From assembly GCA_963781885.1 (NCBI GenBank), contig CAWAHW010000004.1, positions 320,001-384,000 on the forward strand: 64,000 nt of DNA. The letters are read 5' to 3'. Positions 40,696 through 51,422 of this stretch are shown piece by piece. The notes below the pieces were generated by a model. That model had not been told where the DNA came from. It saw only the letters and a list, made by a program, of their open reading frames with translations, and ran no database searches. A program made the translations under genes and the position numbers. The stretch's first letter is position 1; each line of letters begins with the position of its first letter. This DNA is from an uncultured Spirochaetota bacterium. GTDB taxonomy: Bacteria > Spirochaetota > Spirochaetia > SZUA-6 > Fen-1364.

Positions 40696-42048
40696 ATGCC
40701 GCGACATAAGAAGCCACTCATGGTGATCGGTCACAAAAATCCTGACACCGATTCCGTCTGCTCGGCCATCGCGTATGCGCGCTACAAGACCGAGATCCTG
40801 AAGGAAGAGGCAAGCCCGCGCCGCGCGGGCAATGTCAACCCGCAGACCCAGTTCGTGCTCCAGCGCTTCGAGACGGAAGCCCCCGCGCTGGCCACCGACG
40901 TGCGCTCCCGCATCGAAGACATCATGATCCCGCGGGAAGACCTCATCACGCTGCGGGAGAAGGACACCCTGGAGCGCGCCTGCGACCTTCTCACGGAGAA
41001 CCACTTCTCCTTCCTGCCCGTCGTCGACGCGCGCGACGGCTGCATCGGCAAGCTCACCGCGCTGCGCCTGGTCGGGGTGCTGCGTCGCGTGGCCGCCGGC
41101 TGCCACGACGACGAGCCCATCGACCGCGCGGACAAGGACCTGCTCTCGGGAACGGTGAGCGCGCTTGTCGACCGCGACCACAAGACGTTCCGCGCGGACG
41201 ACATCGTGCGGGACGTGCTGCGGGAGATCAGCCGCAGCAACGAAGGCGGCTTCATCATCGTGGACGAGGCGGGAAAGCTCCAGGGCGTGATCACCCGCAT
41301 CGACTTCATCTCCGACCATCGCCTGAAGGTCGCCATGGTGGACCACAACGAGATCGGCCAGGCGGTGGACGGCATCGAAGAGGCGGACGTGGTGGAGATC
41401 ATCGACCATCACCGGCTGGGCGCGCGCATGACCACTCTCCCCATCACCTTCATCAACCGGGTGGTCGGCTCCACCTGCACCATCGTCGCGGACCTGTACC
41501 GCACCGCGGGCGCCGCGCCGACCGCGCACGTGGCCGGCCTGATGCTTTCCGCGATGCTGTCCGACACCCTCGTCCTGCGCTCCCCCACCACGACGAATCT
41601 CGACCGGGACATCGCAGGCTGGCTCGCCGGCCTGAGCGGCGTGGAGATCGAAAAGTACGGCGAAGAGATGTTCGCCGCCGGCGCGTCGCTGGAGGGCATG
41701 GACCCGCGCAAGATCATCGGCCGCGACCAGAAGATCTATACCGAGGCGGAGCGCCGCTTCTCCCTGAGCCAGGTGGAGACCGTGGGCTTCGGTCCGCTCA
41801 TGGCGATGAAGGACGGGCTCGCATCGGAGCTGGAGCGGATCCTGGAAACGGAAAAATGCTCCTTTGCCTGTCTCATGATCACGGACATCACCCGGGAGAC
41901 GAGCCTCCTCCTCTGCCGCGGCGAGGCGCGCGTCCTGGCGGCCATCGCGTATCCGGAAGTGGAGAAAAACCTCTTCGAGATGAAGGACGTGCTCTCCCGC
42001 AAAAAGCAAGTCCTGCCCTACTTCGCCGATCTGCTGAAAACCCTCTGA
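40696..42048 (+). CDS. ppaC: Mn-dependent inorganic pyrophosphatase (family II, DHH/DHHA2) with CBS insert
   Basis: GHKNPDTDS, VDHNE, IIDHH, SDTL...SPTTT, SRKKQV. Confidence 0.92.
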   Translation: MPRHKKPLMVIGHKNPDTDSVCSAIAYARYKTEILKEEASPRRAGNVNPQTQFVLQRFETEAPALATDVRSRIEDIMIPREDLITLREKDTLERACDLLTENHFSFLPVVDARDGCIGKLTALRLVGVLRRVAAGCHDDEPIDRADKDLLSGTVSALVDRDHKTFRADDIVRDVLREISRSNEGGFIIVDEAGKLQGVITRIDFISDHRLKVAMVDHNEIGQAVDGIEEADVVEIIDHHRLGARMTTLPITFINRVVGSTCTIVADLYRTAGAAPTAHVAGLMLSAMLSDTLVLRSPTTTNLDRDIAGWLAGLSGVEIEKYGEEMFAAGASLEGMDPRKIIGRDQKIYTEAERRFSLSQVETVGFGPLMAMKDGLASELERILETEKCSFACLMITDITRETSLLLCRGEARVLAAIAYPEVEKNLFEMKDVLSRKKQVLPYFADLLKTL

Positions 42049-42160
42049 AAGGACCGAATGAGACAAACGGCCGTTGCACCGCGGTTGCCGATACCTTATA
42101 CTGGGACACAGATTGGACGCAGTGAATAGGAACGACAGGCTGGAAGAAGAAAAGAGTCAC

Positions 42161-42454
42161 GTGCGGGAGATCTCCGCCGAGGAGGTGGAGGTATCTCCCG
42201 AAGGTCATCTCTCCCGTGAGGACATGACCGACTTTCAGTCGTGGCTGGATCGCGCCCTGCAGAGCGGGCAGCGGGTGATCGTGCTCAACCTGGAAGGCGT
42301 GACAACCATGAGCTCGTCCGCCATCGGAAAGATCCTGCACTTCAAGAAGGCCTGCGACGAGCTGGGCCGCCGGTTGGTCGTTCGCAACTGCGGCCCGCAG
42401 ATGCTGCAGCTCCTGAAAATGATCAAGTTCGACAACCTGATCAGGATAGAATAA
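42161..42454 (+). CDS. STAS-domain anti-sigma-factor antagonist
   Basis: IVLNLEGV..MSSSAIG...LVVRN; start position uncertain. Confidence 0.8.
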   Translation: MREISAEEVEVSPEGHLSREDMTDFQSWLDRALQSGQRVIVLNLEGVTTMSSSAIGKILHFKKACDELGRRLVVRNCGPQMLQLLKMIKFDNLIRIE

Positions 42455-42492
42455 GGCCTTTCCCACCGCCCCCCGGGGCGCCCGCGCGCCGG

Positions 42493-44079
42493 CTATTCCT
42501 TTGCCGGCACCCCGCGCGCCGCGGAGATCAGATCGAAGCTCTCGTTCTCGAATTGCGCCGCGGTCGGGGCTGCCCCGTATTTCAGAAGCCTTTCGATGGC
42601 CACGAGATCCAGCGGCATGCCGATGGTTGCCGCGGCCTTCAACGCGCCCTTGCGATAGTAACCGGCCAGGAAAGTGCCGTCTTCCACGACGCCCCGGTAG
42701 GCGACCTGGTCGTAATCCGCGGCATGACCGACGTACTTCAGAGACGCGCCGGCCTGCTTCGTCCAGAACACGTCCACTTCCATCACTCCCGGGTCGGCGT
42801 CCATCATGCAGCGCGCCGCGCGCTGTCCCTGCCTCTCCGCCGCCACCCAGTGCTCGACCCTGCGCCGTCCGGCGTCGGCGTCGGGGAGCGCGGCGATGTC
42901 GCCGGCGGCGTAGATGCCGGGCACGCGCGTCTCCATCCGTTCATTCACGGGAACGACGCCGTTCTCCGTGATGCCTGCGCCGTCGAGGAAGCCCGTATTG
43001 GGCTGGATGCCCAGGCCGACGACGACAAAGTCCGCCTCCACCTTCGCGCCCGGCGTCGTGATGACCTTCGCGCCCACGCCGCCGCTGATACCCTGCACCG
43101 CCGTGCCCATCAGCATCCGCACGCCGCGGGATTCGTGCATTGCCTTGATTTTCGCGCCGATCCTGTCGCCGAACACGCGCGCCAGCGGCAGCGCCTCCGG
43201 GGCGATCACTGTCACCTCCAGGCCGCGATCCCGCAGGCTGGTGGCCAGCTCGAGGCCGATGAAGCCCGCACCGACGATGGCGACCTTTTTCGCCGGGGCC
43301 GCCACGGCGAGTACCGCGCGCGCATCGGCGGTGGTGCGCAGGGCAAGGCAGCCGTCCCCGGTGCCGCCGGGGATGGAAAGCAGGCGGGGAGAGCCGCCCG
43401 TGGCGATAAGGGCCTTGTCGAAACGAATCTCCTCCCCGTCGGCCAGGCGGACGCTCTTCTTCGCCGCGTCGAGCGCCACGACCTTCTTTCCCGTGAGGAG
43501 CTCGATGGATTGCGCCGGATAGAACTTGGGTCCGCGCAGAGGAAGCCATTCCTCGCCCGCCTTGCCGGTGATGAAGTCCTTGGACAGGTTGGGCCGGTCA
43601 TACGGCCGCTCGTCCTCCTCCGTGAGCATGAGGATGCGCCCGGCAAAGCCTCCGCGGCGGAGCGTCTCCGCGGCCATGTTGCCGGCGGCGCCCGCACCGA
43701 TGATGAGGAAAACGCGCGGATCGGATCCCATGGCCGCGGCGGGCTTGGGGAATTTCGGCTTCACCGCCGCGCCGATGAAGACCTCGCCCCCCTCCACCTT
43801 CACCGGATACACCGGCAGGTCGTTCAGCGCCGGCGGCGAGACCATGCGGCCCGTCGTGACGTCGATGCGCGCAAAGTGGCTTTTGCAGACCACCTGCGTG
43901 CCGAAAAGCACGCCCTTTTCGAGCTTCTCCTGGTAGTGGGGACATTCGTGTCCGACGGCGTAGATCTTCCCCTCGACGCGGACAAGAAGCACCTTGTCCA
44001 TGCCATCCTCGACGACGACGGGCGATCCCTCCACGAGATCGGCTTCGCGCGCAACGCTCTTCCAGCCGGATTCGTCCAT
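42493..44079 (-). CDS. Rieske [2Fe-2S] + FAD-dependent oxidoreductase (AIF3/ferredoxin reductase-like)
   Basis: CPH...CKSH Rieske ligands; GAGAAG, PYDRPNLSK, GAGFIGLE, YAAGD. Confidence 0.9.
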   Translation of the reverse strand: MDESGWKSVAREADLVEGSPVVVEDGMDKVLLVRVEGKIYAVGHECPHYQEKLEKGVLFGTQVVCKSHFARIDVTTGRMVSPPALNDLPVYPVKVEGGEVFIGAAVKPKFPKPAAAMGSDPRVFLIIGAGAAGNMAAETLRRGGFAGRILMLTEEDERPYDRPNLSKDFITGKAGEEWLPLRGPKFYPAQSIELLTGKKVVALDAAKKSVRLADGEEIRFDKALIATGGSPRLLSIPGGTGDGCLALRTTADARAVLAVAAPAKKVAIVGAGFIGLELATSLRDRGLEVTVIAPEALPLARVFGDRIGAKIKAMHESRGVRMLMGTAVQGISGGVGAKVITTPGAKVEADFVVVGLGIQPNTGFLDGAGITENGVVPVNERMETRVPGIYAAGDIAALPDADAGRRRVEHWVAAERQGQRAARCMMDADPGVMEVDVFWTKQAGASLKYVGHAADYDQVAYRGVVEDGTFLAGYYRKGALKAAATIGMPLDLVAIERLLKYGAAPTAAQFENESFDLISAARGVPAKE

Positions 44080-44264
44080 GAAGTCCCCCTTGGATGCATG
44101 ATACGTCCCCGGCGGATCGCAGGCAAGAGATCGCGAATTATGCCGATATTGAAGAGGGAGAACACCATGCGCGGCGGCCCCGCAACGGGGAAAGGGCCCG
44201 CCGATATGGCTCTGCCGACCGCGAATCGCTATACTGGCGGGCGCGGAATCAGAAGGAGTAATGG

Positions 44265-45062
44265 ATGGCCCGGAGAGGTTCAGACACATCGACGGTAGTA
44301 GGGCTGATTATCGGCTTCGGCGGCCTGCTCACCGGCTTCATCCTCGACCAGGGAAATCCTGGCAATCTGGTGAGGATCCCGCCGCTCATCGTCATCCTCG
44401 CGGGCACACTGGGGGCAGTAACCGTCTCCTTCAGCCTCAAGCACGTTCTTGCCATACCCTCGGGAATCGCCAAGTCGATGAGACGCGTGCCGGGGCCGTC
44501 GCCCCAACTTGCGCAGCAGCTCCTGGAGTTTGCCGAAAAGGCGCGGCGTGATGGCATATTGAGCCTGGAAGACACGGTGGAGGACCTTGAAGACGAGATG
44601 CTCCGTAAGGGGCTCCGACTCGTCGTCGACGGCACAGAATCGGAGATACTCGTTGAGGTGCTGGAAAGCGACCTGGCGATCATGGAACAGCGCCAGATGG
44701 AGCCCGTGGAGGTCTTCGAAGCAGCAGGAGGCTACTCCCCCACGATGGGGATCATCGGAACGGTCATGGGACTCGTCCTGGTTCTGGGCCGGCTGGGCGG
44801 CGACACGCTCGAGCTGGGCCACGCGGTCGCCTCGGCCTTCATCGCCACGCTGTACGGCATCGGCTTTGCCAACCTCATCTGGCTGCCCATCGCGAGCAAG
44901 CTGAGGAGCCAGGTCAAGGCAATGAAGCTCGAAAAACAGCTCATTATCGTCGGCGTTCGCTCCATCCAGCAGGGAGAAAGCCCGGCGCTCGTGAAGGAAA
45001 AGATCGAGGGCTTCCTGGAGGAGGCGGAGAAGAAGGAACTGGACGCGAACAGGACGGAATAG
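44265..45062 (+). CDS. motA: Flagellar stator protein MotA
   Basis: ARRDGILSLE, GLRLVVDG, GGYSPTMGIIGTVMGL, AFIATLYG. Confidence 0.93.
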   Translation: MARRGSDTSTVVGLIIGFGGLLTGFILDQGNPGNLVRIPPLIVILAGTLGAVTVSFSLKHVLAIPSGIAKSMRRVPGPSPQLAQQLLEFAEKARRDGILSLEDTVEDLEDEMLRKGLRLVVDGTESEILVEVLESDLAIMEQRQMEPVEVFEAAGGYSPTMGIIGTVMGLVLVLGRLGGDTLELGHAVASAFIATLYGIGFANLIWLPIASKLRSQVKAMKLEKQLIIVGVRSIQQGESPALVKEKIEGFLEEAEKKELDANRTE

Positions 45063-45065
45063 GGA

Positions 45066-45821
45066 ATGGCACGCAAGAAGGCAAAGGCTTACGAAGAAAA
45101 AAAATCAGACGCCTCGGGCGGCATGCGCTGGCTTCTCACCTATGCGGACATGATCACCCTGCTCATGGTGTTCTTCATCATCCTCTATTCCATCAGCTCG
45201 GTGAGCCCGACCAAGTTCGAAGAGCTTTCGCAGGCCTTCGCCAGCGCCTTCAACGGCGGTCCTTTCAGCATCTTCGAGACGCGCAGCGTCGGCGGAGCCG
45301 GCATTCTCTCCGGGCTCACCCCGGGACAGCAGGTGCAGAGCAACAAGGGCGGCAAGAACGCGGGGACCGGCGGGGCATCGACAATACGCAACCAGGCCGT
45401 CTCGTCGCTGCAGAACCTTGTCAAATCGAGGCAGATCAAGATCATCCCCACGGAGAACGGCTTTGCCATCTCCATGGTTTCCGACCTCTATTTCGGCTCC
45501 GCCTCGGCGGTGCTCAATCCCGATGCGATGCCCGTCCTCCAGCAGGTGTCGGATTTCCTCGGCCAGATCCCCAACTCGGTCGTGGTGGAGGGGTACACCG
45601 ACAATATCCCCCCCGACGCCGTGAAGTGGCCCGGCGGAAACTGGCAGCTTTCCGCGGAGCGGGGAATCGCCGTCCTGCAGACGTTGGAAGACTACGGAAT
45701 ACCCTCGGAACGGCTTTCCTCTTCGGCCTACGGCAGTACGCGACCCGTGCAGTCCAATGATACGGCCGAAGGACGCTCGTACAACCGGCGCGTCGACATC
45801 GTGGTCGTCGAAAAACAGTAG
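45066..45821 (+). CDS. motB: Flagellar stator protein MotB
   Basis: RWLLTYADMITLL; OmpA-like domain EGYTD, NWQLSAER, NRRVDI. Confidence 0.93.
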   Translation: MARKKAKAYEEKKSDASGGMRWLLTYADMITLLMVFFIILYSISSVSPTKFEELSQAFASAFNGGPFSIFETRSVGGAGILSGLTPGQQVQSNKGGKNAGTGGASTIRNQAVSSLQNLVKSRQIKIIPTENGFAISMVSDLYFGSASAVLNPDAMPVLQQVSDFLGQIPNSVVVEGYTDNIPPDAVKWPGGNWQLSAERGIAVLQTLEDYGIPSERLSSSAYGSTRPVQSNDTAEGRSYNRRVDIVVVEKQ

Positions 45822-45862
45822 CGAATTCCCTCCGCGGGGTAGGCAAGAAACCCCGGCAGATA

Positions 45863-45868
45863 TATAAT
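45863..45868 (+). promoter_or_regulatory. Putative -10 element of the hydrogenase operon
   Basis: Perfect TATAAT in an AT-rich patch ~55 nt upstream of ATG 45925. Confidence 0.5.
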
Positions 45869-45924
45869 CTTTTGACACCTTAAGCCGCAATTCAGAATCC
45901 GACGAACACACTCATGGAGAGGGT

Positions 45925-47361
45925 ATGGGCAGAGCAGCCATTTTGCTCGTCTGCGTCATGGTTCCGCTCGCAGGTGCTTTCCTTCTGCCCCTGCTGGGCC
46001 GGGTGGCAGCGCGCCTGCGCAATTTCGTTGCGCTCGGGCTCGTCCTCACGTCGCTCGTATGCTCCCTCCTCTTCGTGCCGGACGCGCTGGCGGGACGGGA
46101 GATCGGCTTCAGCTGGGCCGCCCCCCTGGGAATCTCGTTCAGCCTGAACGCTGATGCCCTGGCCGTGTTCATGGCGGTCGTCTCCTCCCTCGTGGGCGCC
46201 GTGATCATGCTCTTCTCCTTCGACTACATCAGTCACTATCCGCACCAGGACGAGTACTACCTGATGGCCACTCTCTTCCTGGGCGCCATGATGGGGCTCG
46301 TGTTCTCTGCAAACCTGATCTTCCTTTTTGTGTTCTGGGAGATCACGAGCATCGCGAGCTGGCGCCTGATCGGCTTCTATCGTGGACCGGGCGACGTCCT
46401 GCGCGCCGACAAGGCATTCCTGGTGACGGGTCTGGGAGCGCTCCTCATGCTCGTGGGCATCCTGATGGTGTACGGCCAAACGGGCACGTTCGACCTGGCA
46501 GCCATAAAAGGCACGACCCTGCCGTGGACGGCGGCCGGCCTTCTCCTCATCGGCATGCTCTCCAAGTCCGCCACGCTCCCCTTCCACACGTGGCTGCCGG
46601 ACGCGGGCGTCGCGCCGTCCCCCGTCACCGCGCTCCTCCACGCCGCGGTGCTGGTGAAGATCGGCGTCTACGTTTTCGCCCGACTCTTTCTCATCACCTT
46701 TACACTCGATGCCGACATGCGGACGGTCGTCATCATTATTGCCGCGGCGAGCGCGCTCGTGAGCGCAGGAGCGGCGCTCGTGGAAACCGACATCAAGCGC
46801 ATCATCGCCTACTCCACCGTGAGCCAGATCGCCTTCATCTTCCTGGGGCTCGCGTCGGGGAACGCCATCGGCGCGGCAGGCGCGCTCCTGTACATCCTCA
46901 TGCACGGGCTGGCAAAGGCGGGCCTTTTCCTGTCCGCCGGCGTCGTGGAGCAGAACGCGCATACCAAGGACATCCGCAAGCTCGGCGGCCTCCTGAAGAC
47001 CATGCCGGTGACGGCGGTATCGTTCCTCTTCTGCGCCTTCTCCGTCATGGGCATCCCCCCGCTGGGTGGTTTCTTCAGCAAGTACATGGTGATCTCTTCC
47101 GCGATGAACGCGGGCAACACGGTCATGGCTGTCATCTTCATGGCAGGGGCGCTCCTCACGATCCTCTATCTCATGCGACTGTTCTCCCGCGTCTTTCTCG
47201 GGGAGTCCCGAGGGGGCGCGCCCGCGGCTGAAAAATCCCCCCTCATGGTGTCCAGCGTGGCGATACTCGCCGCGCTGTCGCTCGCGGGCGGGCTGCTCGT
47301 GGGCTGGCCCGCGGCGTTCGCGCAGGCCGCCGTCCGCATGATGCCGGGGGTGACACAGTGA
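45925..47361 (+). CDS. Hydrogenase membrane antiporter-like subunit 1 (NuoL/M/N, MrpA/D family)
   Basis: FVFWEI, KSATLPFHTWLPDA..APSPVTALLH, KRIIAYST, HGLAKAGLF. Confidence 0.92.
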   Translation: MGRAAILLVCVMVPLAGAFLLPLLGRVAARLRNFVALGLVLTSLVCSLLFVPDALAGREIGFSWAAPLGISFSLNADALAVFMAVVSSLVGAVIMLFSFDYISHYPHQDEYYLMATLFLGAMMGLVFSANLIFLFVFWEITSIASWRLIGFYRGPGDVLRADKAFLVTGLGALLMLVGILMVYGQTGTFDLAAIKGTTLPWTAAGLLLIGMLSKSATLPFHTWLPDAGVAPSPVTALLHAAVLVKIGVYVFARLFLITFTLDADMRTVVIIIAAASALVSAGAALVETDIKRIIAYSTVSQIAFIFLGLASGNAIGAAGALLYILMHGLAKAGLFLSAGVVEQNAHTKDIRKLGGLLKTMPVTAVSFLFCAFSVMGIPPLGGFFSKYMVISSAMNAGNTVMAVIFMAGALLTILYLMRLFSRVFLGESRGGAPAAEKSPLMVSSVAILAALSLAGGLLVGWPAAFAQAAVRMMPGVTQ

Positions 47362-49211
47362 ACACCTATAGCCTGCTCCTGCCCATCGCGGTGCCCGCCG
47401 TTGCGGGCATCCTCGCCCTGCTCCTCCCGGGGAAAAGGGCGCGCTGGATCACGTCCCTCGTTGCCGTGACGGCCTCTGCCGTCCAGGTCGCGCTCGCGGT
47501 CATTCTTTTCCCGACGGACCAGTCCCTCACCATTCCCTGGCTGGGATTCGGCATCGAGCTCTCCCTGAAGCTTTCGCGCATGAGCGCATTCATCCTGCTG
47601 GGCATTGCGGGCTTCTCCTTCCTCGTCTCGCTATACGCCAGCTCCTCGATGGCAGGCGCCCCGTCCACCCGGTCCTTCCACGCGTGGATGCTCCTCAGCG
47701 TCGCCCTGGCAAGCGGCGCGGTCCTTGCCGACAACCTCGTGCTGCTGGTCGTCTTCTGGGAAGGGCTGCTCCTGACGCTCTTCGGCATGATCTCCACGGG
47801 CGCCCGACATCCCTACGGAACGGCGATCAAGGCCCTGGTCATCGTCGGGGTCACGGATCTCTGCATGATGCTCGGCGTCATGCTCACGGGCCATCTGGCG
47901 GGGACCCTTTCGCTCTCGGCCATCCATCTGCCGGTGGACGGCCTGGGCGGCGTGGCATTCATCCTGCTCATGATCGGCGCCATGGGCAAAGCGGGCGCGA
48001 TGCCGTTCCACAGCTGGATTCCCGACGCGGCGCTCGATGCGCCCCTGCCGTTCATGGCCATTCTTCCGGCAAGCATCGAGAAGCTCCTGGGCATCTACTT
48101 CCTCGCGCGCATCTCCCTGGACCTCTTTGCCCTCAGGCCCGGCACGTGGGTTTCAACCGTGCTCATGATCGTGGGCGCGGCAACAATCATCCTCGCGGTC
48201 ATGATGGCCCTGGTGCAGAAGAACTACAAACGCCTGCTGTCCTATCACGCCATCAGCCAGGTGGGGTACATGATCCTGGGCATCGGGACCGCGCTTCCCA
48301 TCGGCATCGTGGGCGGGCTCTTCCACATGATCAATCACGCGATGTACAAGTCCTGCCTCTTCCTCACCGGCGGTGCCGTGGAGAAACAGGCGGGAACGAC
48401 GGACCTCGAAAAGCTGGGCGGTCTTGCCCGCTCCATGCCGGTGACAGTGGTCTGCTTCATCGTGGCAGCCGCCTCCATCTCCGGCGTGCCGCCCTTCAAC
48501 GGCTTCTTCTCCAAGGAGATGGTCTACCATGCCGCCCTTGAGAGCGGCTGGGTCTACTACGCGGTGGCGCTCCTGGGCTCGTTCTTCACGGCTGCCTCCT
48601 TCCTGAAGCTCGGCCACGCCGCGTTCTTCGGGAAGCGCGCCGACGAGAGCCGGATCGTAAAAGAGGCGCCCTTGCCCATGCTCATTCCGATGATCGTGCT
48701 TGCGGCGCTCTGCATCCTCTTCGGGCTGGACAACGGCCTTCCCCTTGGCGGCCTCATCCAGCCCGCCGTCGGTGTCGCGGTCACGCACGGCCAATCCTTT
48801 GCCGGCTTCCCCACGAGCGCTTTGCTCGTGTCACTCACCGCCGGAGCCCTCCTTCTCGCCGTTCTGAACCACATGTTCGGCGTGCGACGCACGGGTCGCG
48901 GCCTGGGCGCCGTGGATCACATCCACCATGCGCCGGTGCTCGCACCGGTGTACGCCGTGGCGGAGGCGGGAAGGATCGACCCGTACGCCATCGGCCGTTG
49001 GGTCATGAAAGGAGTGGCGGCGGCGCTCTACGGCATCGACCGCGCCTTCGACTGGCTGTACGATTTTGCCGCGGTGAAGGTCGCGCAGGGCGTCTCCCAG
49101 GTGGCGCGCCGCCTGCACAACGGAAGCGTCAACCGCTACATCTTCTGGTCCATCGCGGGGGCCGCCGCCATCGTGCTCACCGCGCTCGCGGTGATGGGAG
49201 GCGGCAGATGA
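47358..49211 (+). CDS. Hydrogenase antiporter-like subunit 2 (NuoL-like, with C-terminal lateral helix + TM)
   Basis: FWEG, KAGAMPFHSWIPDA, KRLLSYH, NHAMYK, GFFSKE; C-terminal ...LHNGSVNRY + TM. Confidence 0.9.
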   Translation: MNTYSLLLPIAVPAVAGILALLLPGKRARWITSLVAVTASAVQVALAVILFPTDQSLTIPWLGFGIELSLKLSRMSAFILLGIAGFSFLVSLYASSSMAGAPSTRSFHAWMLLSVALASGAVLADNLVLLVVFWEGLLLTLFGMISTGARHPYGTAIKALVIVGVTDLCMMLGVMLTGHLAGTLSLSAIHLPVDGLGGVAFILLMIGAMGKAGAMPFHSWIPDAALDAPLPFMAILPASIEKLLGIYFLARISLDLFALRPGTWVSTVLMIVGAATIILAVMMALVQKNYKRLLSYHAISQVGYMILGIGTALPIGIVGGLFHMINHAMYKSCLFLTGGAVEKQAGTTDLEKLGGLARSMPVTVVCFIVAAASISGVPPFNGFFSKEMVYHAALESGWVYYAVALLGSFFTAASFLKLGHAAFFGKRADESRIVKEAPLPMLIPMIVLAALCILFGLDNGLPLGGLIQPAVGVAVTHGQSFAGFPTSALLVSLTAGALLLAVLNHMFGVRRTGRGLGAVDHIHHAPVLAPVYAVAEAGRIDPYAIGRWVMKGVAAALYGIDRAFDWLYDFAAVKVAQGVSQVARRLHNGSVNRYIFWSIAGAAAIVLTALAVMGGGR

Positions 49212-50620
49212 GCGACTTCCTCCTGCTCCTTCCATTCCTCGCCCTGATCGTCATCAATCTCCTGCCGCGGAGCGCGCGCACGGGCGCATGGATCGTCTGC
49301 CTTGTCCTTTTCGCGCTCCAGACCGTCGGCGCATGCGTGCAGCCCTTCGTGACCGTGGACTGGTTCGCGCTCCAGCCGCTGGAGAAGGCGCTCGGGTTCA
49401 TGCTCGTGGTGGACCCCCTCTCGATCATGCTCTTCATCACCGCCGGGATCGCGGGCATGACCGCCCTCCTGGTGGGAAGGGCGACGCACGACACGGAGCG
49501 GGCGCAGTTCACGTTCGCCAACCTGCTCCTCATCGCCCTCATCGGCATGAACGGCATCGCGATGGTCCGCGACCTTTTCTCCCTCTACGTCTTCATCGAG
49601 GTGACGTCCATCTCGGCATTCATCCTCGTGGCGCTTCGCGACGGGAAGGAAGCCTACGAAGGCGCGTGGAAGTACCTGCTTCTTTCGGCCGTGGCCACCG
49701 TCCTCATGCTCACGTCCATCGCGCTTTTCCTCCTGGGCACGGGGGGCGTCGCGTTTGCCGACCTCGCCACGGCGCTTGCCTCCGGCACACCCATGGCGTG
49801 GATCGCCGTCACGCTCTTCCTGAGCGGGCTCTTCGTGAAGTCGGCAATGATCCCCTTCCACGGGTGGCTCGCCGATGCCTACGCCGAGGCCCCGCCGGCC
49901 GTCTCCGTTTTCCTTGCGGGCATCGTGACAAAGGCAACCGGCATCTTCGCCCTGATGCGCCTGGCCCCGGCGATGATGGAAGCCGCGGGGCCGGTCCGCG
50001 AGATCATCCTGGTGGCGGGCGCGGTCACGGCGATCGGCGGCGCATTCCTCTCCCTCACGCAGTCGGACATGAAGAGGATGCTCGCCTACTCCAGCGTGAG
50101 CCAGATGGGATACATCGTCATGGCGCTCGGCGGCGACGCGAAGCTCGCCCTCGCCGCGGCGGCCGTGCACTTCTTCAACCACACGGTGTCCAAGGCGCAG
50201 CTCTTCGCCAACGCGGCGGCGCTGGAGACGCGGCTGGGCACGCGCGACATGGACCGCATGGGCGGCCTGGGAGCGCGCATGCCGGTGACGGCGGGCACAT
50301 CCGCCGTCGCCACGCTGTCCATCGCGGGGATGCCGCCCCTTGCGGGCTTCTGGAGCAAGCTCCTCATCGTGATCGCGTTGTGGACCGCGGGCCAGCACAC
50401 CTTTGCGATCATCGCCATCCTCACGAGCCTCGTGACGCTCGCCTACTTCCTCTCCCTGCAGCGACGGATCTTCTTCGGGACCCTCGCCGCCGAATGGGAC
50501 GCCGTGCGCGAGGCGGGAGCGGCGCTCCTTGTGCCGACAATCGCCCTGGCATTCATCACGGTCGCCGTAGGACTGGGATTCCCGGTACTCCTGCCGATCC
50601 TTCTGGGAGGCGGCGTATGA
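49208..50620 (+). CDS. Hydrogenase antiporter-like subunit 3 (MrpD/NuoN-like)
   Basis: LYVFIEV, KSAMIPFHGWLADAY, KRMLAYSS, PPLAGFWSK. Confidence 0.9.
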   Translation: MSDFLLLLPFLALIVINLLPRSARTGAWIVCLVLFALQTVGACVQPFVTVDWFALQPLEKALGFMLVVDPLSIMLFITAGIAGMTALLVGRATHDTERAQFTFANLLLIALIGMNGIAMVRDLFSLYVFIEVTSISAFILVALRDGKEAYEGAWKYLLLSAVATVLMLTSIALFLLGTGGVAFADLATALASGTPMAWIAVTLFLSGLFVKSAMIPFHGWLADAYAEAPPAVSVFLAGIVTKATGIFALMRLAPAMMEAAGPVREIILVAGAVTAIGGAFLSLTQSDMKRMLAYSSVSQMGYIVMALGGDAKLALAAAAVHFFNHTVSKAQLFANAAALETRLGTRDMDRMGGLGARMPVTAGTSAVATLSIAGMPPLAGFWSKLLIVIALWTAGQHTFAIIAILTSLVTLAYFLSLQRRIFFGTLAAEWDAVREAGAALLVPTIALAFITVAVGLGFPVLLPILLGGGV

Positions 50621-51102
50621 CCATCATGACGATCGTGCTCGTGCTCATGGTCCTTGCAGCCCTGTGGGCATCCATGACGACGCTGCTCCTGCGCGCCACC
50701 ATCGGCCTGGCTTTGGCCAGCGCGATGCTCGCCGTCGTGATGTTCAGCCTCGGGGCCACTCTTGCCGCCGTCCTGGAGCTTTCCGTCTGCGCGGGGCTCA
50801 TCTCCGTGGTCTTCGTGAGCGTCATCAGCCTCACCCAGACAAAAACCTTCAAGGACATCCTCCAGCACCGCAAGGGGCGCCTGGCCAGGTTCTGGCCCCT
50901 GCCGCTGGTCATGCTCGGCGCGGGCATCGCGCTTTCCTTCGTCCACACGCCCGTGCAGCTCGCGCTTCCGCTTCCCGGCGGTGACGGGGACGTGCGCACC
51001 GTGCTCTGGAACATGCGCCAGCTCGATCTTTTCGGCCAGATCCTGATCCTCCTGGCGGGCGTCTTCGGGGTCATGGTATTCTTCAAGAGGGACACCAAAT
51101 GA
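50617..51102 (+). CDS. NuoJ-like membrane subunit
   Basis: AAVLELSVCAGLI, LW..RQLDLFGQ. Confidence 0.8.
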   Translation: MTIMTIVLVLMVLAALWASMTTLLLRATIGLALASAMLAVVMFSLGATLAAVLELSVCAGLISVVFVSVISLTQTKTFKDILQHRKGRLARFWPLPLVMLGAGIALSFVHTPVQLALPLPGGDGDVRTVLWNMRQLDLFGQILILLAGVFGVMVFFKRDTK

Positions 51103-51419
51103 CAATTGAGATACCCCAGGCGTTCTGGTACTACGTCATCTTCTTCGTCCTGCTCATGATCGACGGCCTGTGGTGCATGCTCGCCACGTTCAATCTCCTC
51201 CGCATGCTCATCGGCTTGGAGATCCTCATGAAGTCGGTGACATTCTTCCTGATCGTCGCGGGATACCTGAGCGGCCGCATGGCGCTGGCCCAGGCGATGG
51301 TGATCACGGTGATCGTCATCGAGGTGGTGATCGTCGTCGCCGCGGCGGGCATCATCCTCGGCTTCTTCCGCAAGACCGATACGCTCAACGTGCGCAACGC
51401 GCGGAGCCTGAAAGGATAG
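51099..51419 (+). CDS. NuoK/MrpC-like subunit
   Basis: NLLRMLIGLEIL, VIEV, C-terminal LKG. Confidence 0.88.
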   Translation: MTIEIPQAFWYYVIFFVLLMIDGLWCMLATFNLLRMLIGLEILMKSVTFFLIVAGYLSGRMALAQAMVITVIVIEVVIVVAAAGIILGFFRKTDTLNVRNARSLKG

Positions 51420-51422
51420 CCC

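Noticed and set aside
39436-42048. 870-aa aminotransferase-pyrophosphatase fusion in the ORF track
   Set aside because: Artefact of the indel near 40515; the aminotransferase C-terminus and stop (40649) are in another frame, and ppaC has its own RBS and ATG.
44265-45821. motAB as Zorya (ZorAB) anti-phage system
   Set aside because: MotA is a canonical 265 aa with no long ZorA tail, and no zorC/D/E neighbours are present.
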